Source of the DNA: an uncultured Methanosarcinales archaeon
GTDB taxonomy: Archaea; Nanobdellota; Nanobdellia; Woesearchaeales; B54-G15
Reading direction: 5' to 3'
Assembly (NCBI GenBank): GCA_964519225.1
Contig: CAZFJK010000005.1
Span: 1 to 53,283, forward strand
DNA: 53,283 bases
Part shown: positions 1-9,800 of the stretch, in pieces
Position numbering within the stretch: the first letter of the stretch is position 1
Layout of the letters: each line of letters starts with the position of its first letter
Translations under genes and position numbers: made by a program
The notes under the pieces: generated by a model
What the model saw: only the letters and a program-made list of their open reading frames with translations
Told to the model about the DNA's origin: nothing
The model's database searches: none

Positions 1-346
1 AAAATCTTAAGCGAAGAGTTGCATACTTTGCTTCTAACCACCTAATACAATTTACGCCTATTGTCCTAACAGAAAAAAGTTCTCTTTGCTTTACTAGCCT
101 TTTGTAAATGATTGCTATTTCCTGCAGCAAACTCACTTGCCTTAAATCATATTCATAATCCCTTTTCTGAACAAAAACTATTTTTGTAACAGTACCAACC
201 TTAGCAAGCAATTCGATCGTTCTTGCCATAACAACAGGATTATCCTCAATAGAAGGAACATAGGGCAGAGCCTTACAATCGACTCTTAGAATTATTTCCT
301 CACCTGCTCGAATTACTTCATATGAAAATGCTTCTTCTCCAGCCAT
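1..346 (-). CDS. 5' part of a gene running off the window edge; probably the N-terminus of a type II/IV secretion (type IV pilus) ATPase of the DPANN type
   Basis: Not in the ORF track. Open frame from ATG at 346 (MAGEEAFSYEVIRAGEEIILRVDCKALPYVPSIEDNPVVMARTIELL...QKRDYEYD...) to base 1, with a GAGGT SD just upstream. The family call is from recalled similarity of this N-terminus; the ATPase motifs lie outside the window. Confidence 0.6.
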   Translation of the reverse strand, partial: MAGEEAFSYEVIRAGEEIILRVDCKALPYVPSIEDNPVVMARTIELLAKVGTVTKIVFVQKRDYEYDLRQVSLLQEIAIIYKRLVKQRELFSVRTIGVNCIRWLEAKYATLRLRF

Positions 347-493
347 GGGCTTACCTCTTTTTTGACAATCTTTTTCAGCAAGAGCTATTTCTATTCTTAA
401 TTAAACTCCTTTATTATTAAAATCTTCGTTTCTTCAGCTTACTACTCAAACATGCTCACATAAATTAATATAAAAAGTAAAGAAAAATAATTT

Positions 494-853
494 ATGCCAG
501 AGCAAGATATTCGGCGTTTAGCTTCAATGCTTTCAACACTCGAAGACCGTTATGCAAACCTAAACAGAAAAGTAGAAGTGATAGAAAGCAACATGCTCAA
601 AACAGACAAGCGCCTTATCCAAGAAACAAAACTGCTCACATCTGAAATAGCTGAGTTAAAGCAGGAGCTTACAGAGTTAAAGGACAAGCTCACGCTCGTA
701 GCAAAAGAGCTCAAGAATTTTGCACCAAAAACAGAACTCGAAACGCTAAAAAAAACAGTTGAATTTTTTGACCCAATGCAATTCGTGACACGAAAAGAGG
801 TTGAACGCATTGTCAAAGAAAAAATAGAAGAAGAAAAGCTCGGTTCGAAGTAA
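494..853 (+). CDS. small coiled-coil hypothetical protein
   Basis: 119 aa with heptad pattern; TATA-like TAATATAAAA about 20-25 bp upstream. Confidence 0.75.
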   Translation: MPEQDIRRLASMLSTLEDRYANLNRKVEVIESNMLKTDKRLIQETKLLTSEIAELKQELTELKDKLTLVAKELKNFAPKTELETLKKTVEFFDPMQFVTRKEVERIVKEKIEEEKLGSK

Positions 854-854
854 C

Positions 855-895
855 TTTTATAAAAACAAAAGATTTTACTCTTGAAAAAGAGGTGA
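855..895 (+). promoter_or_regulatory. TATA box plus Shine-Dalgarno for 903..1535
   Basis: TTTTATAAAA at 855-864; GAGGTGA at 889-895, 7 nt before ATG. Confidence 0.6.
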
Positions 896-902
896 AATAC
901 AA

Positions 903-1535
903 ATGGCCTTATTCGGCTTCGGAAAGAAAAAGCCTTCTAAGGGCGTTCCTATAGAACTTGTCATTCAGCTTAAAAATCAAGGCTTATCTAATGATCAAAT
1001 TATTGCAGAACTCCAAAGAAGAGGATATTCTTCTGCACAAATCTTTGATGCATTATCAGAAGCACAACTCAGACTAGGTATGCCTGAAAAAGCACCAGCT
1101 CCACCAATAGCGCCAGTGCCAATAGCACCACAAACAAAAGCTCCACCTGAATTACCGCCAATGCCAGCACCGAAGCCAGAAATCACAAAAGAGACCATAG
1201 AAGAAATAGCAGAAGCCATAATCAATGAAAAATGGGATGAATTAATGAAAGCAGTTGATGTAATTATCGACTGGAAAGACAAAGCAGAAGGCAGGCTTTC
1301 AAAAGTCGAGCAGGCAATAGCAGACTTAAAATCAGATATTGCAACGCTAAAGCAAACAATAATAGGAAGGATTGAAGAATATGACCAAAGCATAAAAGAA
1401 ATCGGAACAGAAATAAAGGCAATGAGTGAGGTATTCAAAAAAGTTATTCCAACACTCACAGAAAATGTGAAAGAGTTATCGGCAATAACCGAGGAGCTGA
1501 AAAAGAAAAAACCAAAATCAACCAAAGAAAGCTAA
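903..1535 (+). CDS. hypothetical protein: small helical N-domain, Pro-rich linker, C-terminal coiled coil
   Basis: Strong SD; APAPPIAPVP linker; heptad-rich C-terminal half. Confidence 0.8.
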   Translation: MALFGFGKKKPSKGVPIELVIQLKNQGLSNDQIIAELQRRGYSSAQIFDALSEAQLRLGMPEKAPAPPIAPVPIAPQTKAPPELPPMPAPKPEITKETIEEIAEAIINEKWDELMKAVDVIIDWKDKAEGRLSKVEQAIADLKSDIATLKQTIIGRIEEYDQSIKEIGTEIKAMSEVFKKVIPTLTENVKELSAITEELKKKKPKSTKES

Positions 1536-1554
1536 AAAAGTCTAACTAAAAAGT

Positions 1555-2121
1555 CTAAATCTTTTCTCTCGTCAATAAAACTATAGCAAATATAGCAACG
1601 ATAAGAATAAATAATGCGCCAAGAACCTTTGTGTTAAAAATAACCTTAAACACATTTTCTTTAAACGTTCCTGCTTCACCTGGCTGAGGCTGGACTTGAG
1701 CTTCGGTGATTGCTTTAGCTTCAACCGGCGCCTTTTCAGCAGTTATCGGTAAAAGCCTTTCGCCATAGACATAGCCAAGTGCTGCAAAAAATATTATCAG
1801 TGCAATAGCTATAATCAGCATCTGAAAGCCTTTATTCTTGCTAACAAATTCAGCTATCATCTCTTCTTTTACGCCGAGAATCATCAACAGAACAAGAAGC
1901 AGAACAAGAAAAATAAAGATAACAACAAACCAAGGAGCCATGAAATTGATAACGACTAGAACATCCTTAAATAAAATCCCAAGAAAAGCAGCTATTATTG
2001 CAACAGCAGCTGCAAAAGCTTTATTCTTACCAAGGAGTTCGGTTTTGCTCAGCAAAGCATAAACAACTACAAAAATCAATAATGCAGGTAATAAAACAGC
2101 AAGATAGTTCGATATCATCAT
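1555..2121 (-). CDS. multi-pass membrane protein, paralog 3 of a tandem triplet
   Basis: About 5 hydrophobic helices; LLPALLIFVVVYALLSKTELLG motif shared with the next two genes. Confidence 0.8.
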   Translation of the reverse strand: MMISNYLAVLLPALLIFVVVYALLSKTELLGKNKAFAAAVAIIAAFLGILFKDVLVVINFMAPWFVVIFIFLVLLLVLLMILGVKEEMIAEFVSKNKGFQMLIIAIALIIFFAALGYVYGERLLPITAEKAPVEAKAITEAQVQPQPGEAGTFKENVFKVIFNTKVLGALFILIVAIFAIVLLTREKI

Positions 2122-2654
2122 CGTGGAATCTTAATTTCTGCGGCTTCTTCCTTGCCACCTCCAACAATTCCAAATATTGCGAGTGCGAAAACAAGCATTA
2201 CAATAAGAAAGGTTACTGCTTCACTGCCAAAAAAATCATATAACCAACTTATATCATAAAAATAACCGATCGTTCCAAAGAAAATAAACAATATTAGCAA
2301 TAATGCAACAATAACACCAATCATTTTGCCAGCCCCACCACCAGGTGCTGCTATAAGTCCGCTTATCAACAAGAATAAAAGTATTGCAAGTATAACTAAG
2401 GAAATCTGCGGCAAGATAGCGTTAATTATAACAACAACATCAAACCCGCTCGGATAGCTTCCAGTAACATGCGGAATAACAATAGCAAGAGCAATAACTA
2501 ATGCAATCATTACATCTACATTCTTTTTCCCTGTAATCTTTGTTTTTTGAAAAACAGCGAAGGTTATTGAAAATATCAACAAAAACGGCAAAAGAACATC
2601 CATTATTCCCATTTCCTCAAGCAAGGTCATAACAGTTCTGAAATCAAAAGGCAT
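2118..2654 (-). CDS. multi-pass membrane protein, paralog 2
   Basis: DVLLPFLLIFSITFAVFQKTKITG motif; 4-nt overlap with the downstream gene. Confidence 0.8.
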   Translation of the reverse strand: MPFDFRTVMTLLEEMGIMDVLLPFLLIFSITFAVFQKTKITGKKNVDVMIALVIALAIVIPHVTGSYPSGFDVVVIINAILPQISLVILAILLFLLISGLIAAPGGGAGKMIGVIVALLLILFIFFGTIGYFYDISWLYDFFGSEAVTFLIVMLVFALAIFGIVGGGKEEAAEIKIPR

Positions 2655-2657
2655 TTT

Positions 2658-3203
2658 TTATCCCTCCTTTTTGGTGCTTGGTGCTTCTTTTGTTATAAAG
2701 TATATTGCAATCACGATAAAAGCAAACAAGGCAAGTGTTCCAACGATCTGCATGCTTAGTCTGAATTGAAGTACCTGCCATAGCGGCACTAGCCAGCCGA
2801 GAGCATGTAGGAATATCAAAACAATACCTAAAAACATAATCACCATAAAAAGCACTTTCCAGCCGCCCTGTAAAAAAATACCTTCTCCCTCTGTTTTTAC
2901 AAAAATACCGACCAATGCTAAAAACAGCACTGCCAACAAAACGAGCAGAACAGTACTTGCAAGAACTTGATTTATCACGCTAACGATTTTTGTTGATGCA
3001 ACGACTAGAAAAGCTGCAACAAACGCAACAATCGCATTCAAATTCTTTTTGGTTATCTTCTTTCCCTCAACTTCCTGAACACCAAGAACTTTTGTCTTTT
3101 CAAGTATTGCAAAAACTATAGTAAAGACAAGCAGGAAAGGCAGAACAACATCGTATAAGCCAACTTTATCTAAAAAAATAATCACCTCTTTTAGTCCGCT
3201 CAT
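2658..3203 (-). CDS. multi-pass membrane protein, paralog 1
   Basis: DVVLPFLLVFTIVFAILEKTKVLG motif; about 5 TM helices. Confidence 0.8.
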   Translation of the reverse strand: MSGLKEVIIFLDKVGLYDVVLPFLLVFTIVFAILEKTKVLGVQEVEGKKITKKNLNAIVAFVAAFLVVASTKIVSVINQVLASTVLLVLLAVLFLALVGIFVKTEGEGIFLQGGWKVLFMVIMFLGIVLIFLHALGWLVPLWQVLQFRLSMQIVGTLALFAFIVIAIYFITKEAPSTKKEG

Positions 3204-3345
3204 TTCTTATAGAGAGAATTATTTAAACTATATAAAGGTTTTTCTGATTTGTTCTTTGTTCTTCCTAACTTCAAGCCGCGAAAAAACAAGAAACAGAAAC
3301 AAAAACAAAACTTTAAAATAATTTTCAGTAATCCAACCTTAAAAA

Positions 3346-3876
3346 ATGCCAAAAAAAGCATTGCTTGTTGTTGCTCAGAATGGATATCAGCCAGTAGAAT
3401 ATGCAAATACACGCGCTGAGCTTGAAAAAGCAGGAATTTCTGTTTCAGTAGCTTCTCCTAATGGCGGAACTGCAACAGCATCAGACGGCTCAAGCATAGA
3501 AACAGACCTAACAATCAAAGATGCAAATATAGATGACTTTGATGCACTTGTTATTATCGGCGGACCAGGAGCAAGAGAAAGCCTATCAGCTCTGCCAGAA
3601 CTGAATGAGCTTATAAAATTAGCCAATGAAAAGGGAAAAATCGTTGCAGCAATCTGCATATCTCCAACAATACTTGCAGAAGCAGGCATACTTAAAGGAA
3701 AAAAAGCAACTGTCTGGTCCGCGCCAGGAAATGAATTCGGCATAGAAATCCTCAAACAGCACGGTGCAGAATATACCGCTAAACCAGTAGAAGTTGATGA
3801 CAGCATAATTACAGCAAACGGTCCTGCAGCAGCAACCGATTTTGGAAAAAAGATAGCAGAACTGCTACTGGCCTAA
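3346..3876 (+). CDS. DJ-1/PfpI (ThiJ) family protein
   Basis: GYQPVE, DALVIIGGPG, nucleophile elbow AAICISP, IITANGP. Confidence 0.93.
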   Translation: MPKKALLVVAQNGYQPVEYANTRAELEKAGISVSVASPNGGTATASDGSSIETDLTIKDANIDDFDALVIIGGPGARESLSALPELNELIKLANEKGKIVAAICISPTILAEAGILKGKKATVWSAPGNEFGIEILKQHGAEYTAKPVEVDDSIITANGPAAATDFGKKIAELLLA

Positions 3877-3879
3877 AAA

Positions 3880-4500
3880 ATGTTCGAATTCAATCACATA
3901 AAGATCGCTTGGCTAGGACATGCATCATTCAGGATAGAAAAAGAAATAACTATTTACATTGATCCATTTCGGTTAAAGCCGCATCAACCAAAAGCTGATA
4001 TTGTGCTGGTTACGCACGACCATTATGACCATTGTAGTGAAACAGACATTAAAGCAATATCAAAAGAAGACACTGTTATAATTGGACCAGAAAAAGCAAT
4101 GAAAAAGCTTACTGGAAATACAAAAATAATCAAACCTGGTGAAACAATTAAGATAAAAGGCATTGCAGTAAAAGCAGTTCATGCCTATAACACAAACAAA
4201 CCTTTCCATCCAAAAGGCACTGGCGTTGGATTTATCATAACAATAAACGGCACAAAAATCTATCACGCTGGCGACACAGACTTAATACCTGAAATGGACG
4301 TAATAACAGCAGACATAGCCCTGCTGCCAGTTGGCGGAACATACACAATGAATGCTTTAGAAGCAGCAGAAGCCGCAAATAAAATCAAACCATCTGTTGC
4401 AATACCAATGCATTATGGAAAAATCGTCGGCACAAAAGAAGATGCTATCTTATTCAGCAGAAAAGCAGAATGCGAGGTGAAAATCCTTGAGCCAGAATAA
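3880..4500 (+). CDS. metallo-beta-lactamase-fold hydrolase (UPF0173/UlaG-like)
   Basis: WLGHASF, IDP, THDHYDH, YHAGDT, PMHYG. Confidence 0.92.
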   Translation: MFEFNHIKIAWLGHASFRIEKEITIYIDPFRLKPHQPKADIVLVTHDHYDHCSETDIKAISKEDTVIIGPEKAMKKLTGNTKIIKPGETIKIKGIAVKAVHAYNTNKPFHPKGTGVGFIITINGTKIYHAGDTDLIPEMDVITADIALLPVGGTYTMNALEAAEAANKIKPSVAIPMHYGKIVGTKEDAILFSRKAECEVKILEPE

Positions 4501-5815
4501 GCTAAAGAGAACAAGTGCAGCCAGCATAACACCCGAAAAAGCAGAAAAAAAAGTTCTTGTTGCTGGCTATGTCCATGAAACACGCATTCTCGGAAAAATC
4601 GCATTCATTGTGCTGCGTGATTTCAGCGGAACTGTTCAGCTTACTGCAGTAAAAAATCAAACTCCCGAAGAGACTTTCAGCAGAATAAAACAACTCACTC
4701 ACGAAACAGTAATCCAAGCAGCAGGAACAGTAAAAGCAAATCCGCAGGCCCCTCGCGGCGTTGAGGTTCTTCTTGAATCAATCGCAATACTGTCAAAAGC
4801 AGAGCCTTTACCAATAACAGTTACAGAAAAAGGAATAAAAATCGGTTTGGACAAGCGGCTTGATTATCGCTGCATCGATTTGAGAAAACCAGAAAACAAA
4901 GCCATTTTTATTATTCAAAATGCCATAGTCGATGGATTTATTGAATGGTTTAGAAAAAACGGCTTTGTCAGAGTATTTACTCCATGCATCATAGGAAGCT
5001 CGTCTGAAAGCGGAGCGAATGTCTTTGAAATAAAATATTTCGATAGAAAAGCATATCTTCGCCAAGACCCTCAATTACACAGACAGCTAACTATAGCTGG
5101 CGGCTTTGAAAAAATCTACGACATAGGCCCAAGCTGGCGTGCTGAGTTAAGCCATACAACAAAGCATCTTTGCGAACACAGAAGCTGTGCTGCAGAAATA
5201 GCATACATCAAAGATGAAACAGATACTATGCGTATTGAAGAACAGCTCGTCATTTCAGCTCTAAAATACATAAAAAAAGAATGCAAGAATGAACTTAAAC
5301 TACTCAACGCCAAGATAAAAATTCCAGAAACACCATTTCCAGAATTAAGATTTCCAAAGATATACGAAATCCTAAAATCGCTTGGAAAAGAACTTCCTGA
5401 AGGCAGTGATTTAGACACAGAAAGCGAAAAGCTTTTAGCGGATTACGTCAAAAAGAAATATCATACAGAATTCTTTTTCATAAATCGTTTTCCATTTGCG
5501 ATAAAACCATTCTATGTAATGCGCGTTGATGATCAACCGTTATATGCAAGAAGCGTTGATTTTTACTTCGGTGAAATCGAATTAAGCAGCGGAGGCCAAA
5601 GAGAACATCGCTATGAAAAGATCATGGAGCAGATCAAAATAAAAGGAATGAATCCAGAGCGACTTGAATGGTTTACAAGATTTTTCAAATGGGGTGTTCC
5701 ACCACATGGCGGCTTTAGCATAGGCATAGAACGATTCACAGAAGCATTACTAAAGCTCGACAATATAAAAAAAGCAGTTCTCTTTCCAAGAGACCCAGAA
5801 AGGGTTTTGCCATAA
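4487..5815 (+). CDS. aspS: archaeal-type aspartyl-tRNA synthetase, probably non-discriminating
   Basis: OB-fold N-terminus (FIVLRDFSGTVQ), motif 2 (WRAE...HL), ELSSGGQR, motif 3 PPHGGFSIGIER, LFPRDP. His in GYVH and Pro in QAPRG are the ND-type anticodon-domain residues. TTG start is supported by GAGGTGA at 4474-4480. Confidence 0.9.
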   Translation: MSQNKLKRTSAASITPEKAEKKVLVAGYVHETRILGKIAFIVLRDFSGTVQLTAVKNQTPEETFSRIKQLTHETVIQAAGTVKANPQAPRGVEVLLESIAILSKAEPLPITVTEKGIKIGLDKRLDYRCIDLRKPENKAIFIIQNAIVDGFIEWFRKNGFVRVFTPCIIGSSSESGANVFEIKYFDRKAYLRQDPQLHRQLTIAGGFEKIYDIGPSWRAELSHTTKHLCEHRSCAAEIAYIKDETDTMRIEEQLVISALKYIKKECKNELKLLNAKIKIPETPFPELRFPKIYEILKSLGKELPEGSDLDTESEKLLADYVKKKYHTEFFFINRFPFAIKPFYVMRVDDQPLYARSVDFYFGEIELSSGGQREHRYEKIMEQIKIKGMNPERLEWFTRFFKWGVPPHGGFSIGIERFTEALLKLDNIKKAVLFPRDPERVLP

Positions 5816-6895
5816 TTGATCAAAAAAATGAAAAATTTCTTTGAAAAAGAGGAAGTAAGGAAACTAATTAACAAAATAAAAAAAGAGCTGAACTCTGCTT
5901 TCAGGCCATTGTTCTTCTTTCACGATGACTGCGATGGCATATGCTCATTTTTAATACTCTACAAGTATCTTCCACAAGCCGAAAAACCATACGTCGTTGT
6001 AAAAAGCGATCCTTACGTTGATAAGAGATTTATTGGAAAGTTACGCTATGCAAATCCAGACAAGGTTGTTGTTCTTGATCTCGCAGACATCAAACAAAGT
6101 TTTTTGGAACGCTCAAATCAGCACATTATCTGGCTTGACCATCATGGTCCAGCTGAAAAGAAAAATAGCAGAATCACTTATCTCAACCCGCGGCTATACG
6201 ACTGTAACTATCCCGTCTCAGCTTTATGCTATGAAATTGCTGGCAAACCAGAAAACTTACTATGGATAGCTACTGTCGGCTGCATAGCTGATTGGCACAT
6301 TCCTGATTTTTTCCCTTTTTTCCTAAAGAAGTATCCTGACCTAGCTGAACGAAAATCTATCGGTGACATAATTTACAAAACAAAATTAGGAAAAGTAATC
6401 AGGATTCTCTCTTTCGCACTAATGGGCAGGTCAAAAGAAGCATATCCATATATCGAGCATATCAAAAAACTTCAATCACCTTACGAGCTATTAAATGCAG
6501 AAACAAGCAATGCAAGGATAATACTAAAAAAATACGAAAAGATCAACAAAGAGTATCAATCCTTGTTTGCTAAAACGTTGGAAAATATAAAAAAGCAAAA
6601 AGACAGACCTCTTTTTCTGTTCACTTATTCAAATGCAAAATATAGTTTAACAAAAGAACTAGCCAACGAACTAATCTACTTATTCCCAGATAAAGTTATC
6701 ATTATAGGAAGAGAAAAAAACAACGAAATAAGCTTGTCTCTTCGCGCAAGAAAACTAAACCTGAGAAAAGCCATACCATATGCTCTTAAAGGTCTTTGGG
6801 GCTACGGCGGTGGTCATGAATGTGCCGCAGGAGCAACAATAAAAAAACAAGACCTCAAACTTTTCATCCAGAGGTTAACATCATTAATAAAATAA
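5816..6895 (+). CDS. DHH/DHHA1 phosphoesterase (RecJ/NrnA-like)
   Basis: FHDDCDG, VLDLA, WLDHH, IADW, GGGHECAAG; true start may be the ATG at 5828. Confidence 0.88.
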   Translation: MIKKMKNFFEKEEVRKLINKIKKELNSAFRPLFFFHDDCDGICSFLILYKYLPQAEKPYVVVKSDPYVDKRFIGKLRYANPDKVVVLDLADIKQSFLERSNQHIIWLDHHGPAEKKNSRITYLNPRLYDCNYPVSALCYEIAGKPENLLWIATVGCIADWHIPDFFPFFLKKYPDLAERKSIGDIIYKTKLGKVIRILSFALMGRSKEAYPYIEHIKKLQSPYELLNAETSNARIILKKYEKINKEYQSLFAKTLENIKKQKDRPLFLFTYSNAKYSLTKELANELIYLFPDKVIIIGREKNNEISLSLRARKLNLRKAIPYALKGLWGYGGGHECAAGATIKKQDLKLFIQRLTSLIK

Positions 6896-6896
6896 T

Positions 6897-9800
6897 CTAC
6901 AGAAATTCCTCTTTATAAAGCTCTGCTCGTCGTTTTGTTTTCTCAAATTCGAGTTGTAAGCTTTTATACAATTTAGCAAACCTTATTTTTCTCTTAAGCA
7001 AAGAAGCAATTTCCCTTTCACGCATCTTCAGTTCAGTCTCTGCTTCATTTAAAAGCCCGAGTAGCATTTTTTTCTTCGCATCGATTTCTTCCATCTGTCG
7101 CTTACAACGCTCCAGTGCTTGCTCTTTAAGTTTTATTTTCCTACGTCTGCTAACAATGGCTGCTTTCAAATCCGACTTTCTCTTCAAAAGCTCTTTATCT
7201 ACATGCTTCAATCCGTACTTCTCTCTTAGCCTGCGCTGCTTATCCTCGAATGATTTTATTTCTGTAAGAACCTTCTGCCGCTCGGCAAGTTCTCGTTTTG
7301 CGGCTGAGAGTTCAAACTTCAATTTTTCAGCCTTCGCTGCAAGATTAGCATGCTCCTTCTCCAATTTAGACATCTCTTCATTCAACTTCTGTAACTGCTT
7401 CTCAACTTTTGCCTTTTGTTCTTCAAGCGCAGAAATGTTTTTTTCCAAACTTGCAACTAAATTTTTGTATTGAAGCAATTTTCCTTCGAGTGCTATACTC
7501 TTCAAAGAAAATCGCTCAAACCGCCTCTTTATTCCAGTCACGGTTCGTGTATAAAGAGTATAATATCCGCCGGCAACAAGCAAAATAACAATAATGACTA
7601 ATAATAAAGCAATATTTTCTTTCAACAAATTATAAAATGCTTTAAACAATTCAACCAGACCTTTTCGTTCCATCACAGCTGGAACACCAGGAATCACTTC
7701 CTTTCTCCCAGCTTTTTCAACAACAGTCAACTCGAATATCGCATTGCCGTTTTTAACGGCTTTCAATCGCAAAGAAACATCGATTTCACCATCTCCATTA
7801 AGATCTACTTTTGCTTCATCGCCAACAAACAACTTGTATTCCTTATCATTCAAAGTAAGCTTAGCATAAGTTAATGTTAATTTCATCAGCTCAATCGAAT
7901 AAGTGCTTCCTTCAAAAACAAAATCACCGATTTCTCCTTCTGCTAAAGAAAAGGTGCCTACTTCAGAAGCAGGTCCAAGTTCGTATCTTTTCTTCTCTTC
8001 TCTCTCTTCTTCAACCGCAGCTACATGTTTTTCAGAAACACCCACAGCAGCTTCGGCACCGGCACCGCCCGCGCCTCTTTCTTCACTAACTTCTTCTTCG
8101 GCTGGTTGTTCAACAAGTGCTCCTCTAAAGTAAATAACCATCTTATCGACTGACGCGCCCTCGCCTAAAATTCTTGCCTTAAACCTAATCTTCCCTGATG
8201 AAGTATTTGCGTCGGATAAATCAGTATTTTTCTCAATGGAAATCCAGTTGTTCCCAGAATCAACAGAATAAGCATATTCAACATAGCTATCGCTTCCATA
8301 AACAGCAAATTCAATAATATGAAATCCAGAGTTCGCTGTATTCTCCAATCCTTCAACGCGCACATATCTCAACGGAGTGAATGAGCTAAAGTTATACCAT
8401 TGGACGCTTTGTGCATGCTTATTATTTACGAGCCTTGTCCAATTGCTGCCATCGGTTGAAATATATAAACTATAATTATACCATCTTCCATCGTAATCCC
8501 ACAATCTAAAATATATCTTATCGACGTAAATTAACTTCGAAAGCTCAACAGTCATATTGCAAGGCCAGGTACAATAGGCAAAGTTAGTTGACGACTCAAT
8601 ATCATCAATCAATTGTCCTGGCATGTTGTCCGCATAAGCCGTGGCTCCATGGCTTGATGATGCCCAATCATAGCTCGCGTTATAAAAAGTTTCATCGCTC
8701 GCATTAAAGCTAAGCCATCCTATCAAAATATCCGGTTCCAAGTCTTTTGTCTGAATTTCTGCGTAATCGCTTACTGTCGTGTAATTTATCTCAATCTCAT
8801 TTACTCTCGGCCTTGTCGTGTTATCACTGCTGTTCATAAAAACTTTGAATCTTAAGAATCTTTTTCCATCGTGCTCTGTGGCTATATCATCACCGTCGGC
8901 GTAATAACTTGAATTAGTGCCATCCGGACCGACGAAATTCCAACTTGCATTATCATTATTCGTGGCTATCTGCACCCCAATAAAAGTTCCGGGTGGCGTA
9001 TTAGCATCGATAGATATTTTTCCGAATTTTACATTCGTGCCAAGATCATACGTTTTACTAATATAGTTACCACTCACAGAATTTACTATATCGGACGTCC
9101 ACACACTCGTACCGCCATTCGCTAAATATATTCTTCTTCCTTTATGAGCAAGTTGGTTTATATTTGTTGTTTGCGATGCAAAACTCCAACTGTTCAACAG
9201 CTGCGGAGAACTCCAGTTACTTACATCAACAACATGAACAGTATCGCCGTTTTCATCGCCAACATAGAGATAATCACCAATTTTCGTTATGCCTTCTCCA
9301 TAGAAGCAATCGCTTGTGCTTCCGCATTCAAGGTAATCCATATCAAGGGTTCCTGCAGGAGAACCGTTTTTTAGATATCTGTAAACTGATGTATGCATCA
9401 ACGAAGGCAAGTTCCGCGTATTTGCATAGATGTAGTTCTCATCAACGCAAATTCCGATAGCAGAAACAGCTGTGAAATTAAATCCTGTATAGACCCAATT
9501 ATTACCTTCATCTGTGACAAGCCATTTTCTAATCAAATTGTCATAAGTCCAGTATTGGCTCCAAAACACAGCGGTTCCATTTCCGCTCAAATAAGGATCA
9601 AACTCCAGACCTGTATATACACCGACCATTCCTGTATTATCACCCTCGTGTCCAAAACTCGAGTTAAATCGCCTTACCTCATCCAAGTTTGCTGAGAAGA
9701 AATGATCATTGCTCCAGCCAGCAATACTTCCATTTACAAAAGTCAGATCCCACTTATCTACCGACTCTGTTGCTGTTTGAACTCCTGCATAAATGGGATC

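Noticed and set aside
3237-3310. Long imperfect T-rich/A-rich inverted repeat
   Set aside because: Low complexity; explained by back-to-back divergent promoters
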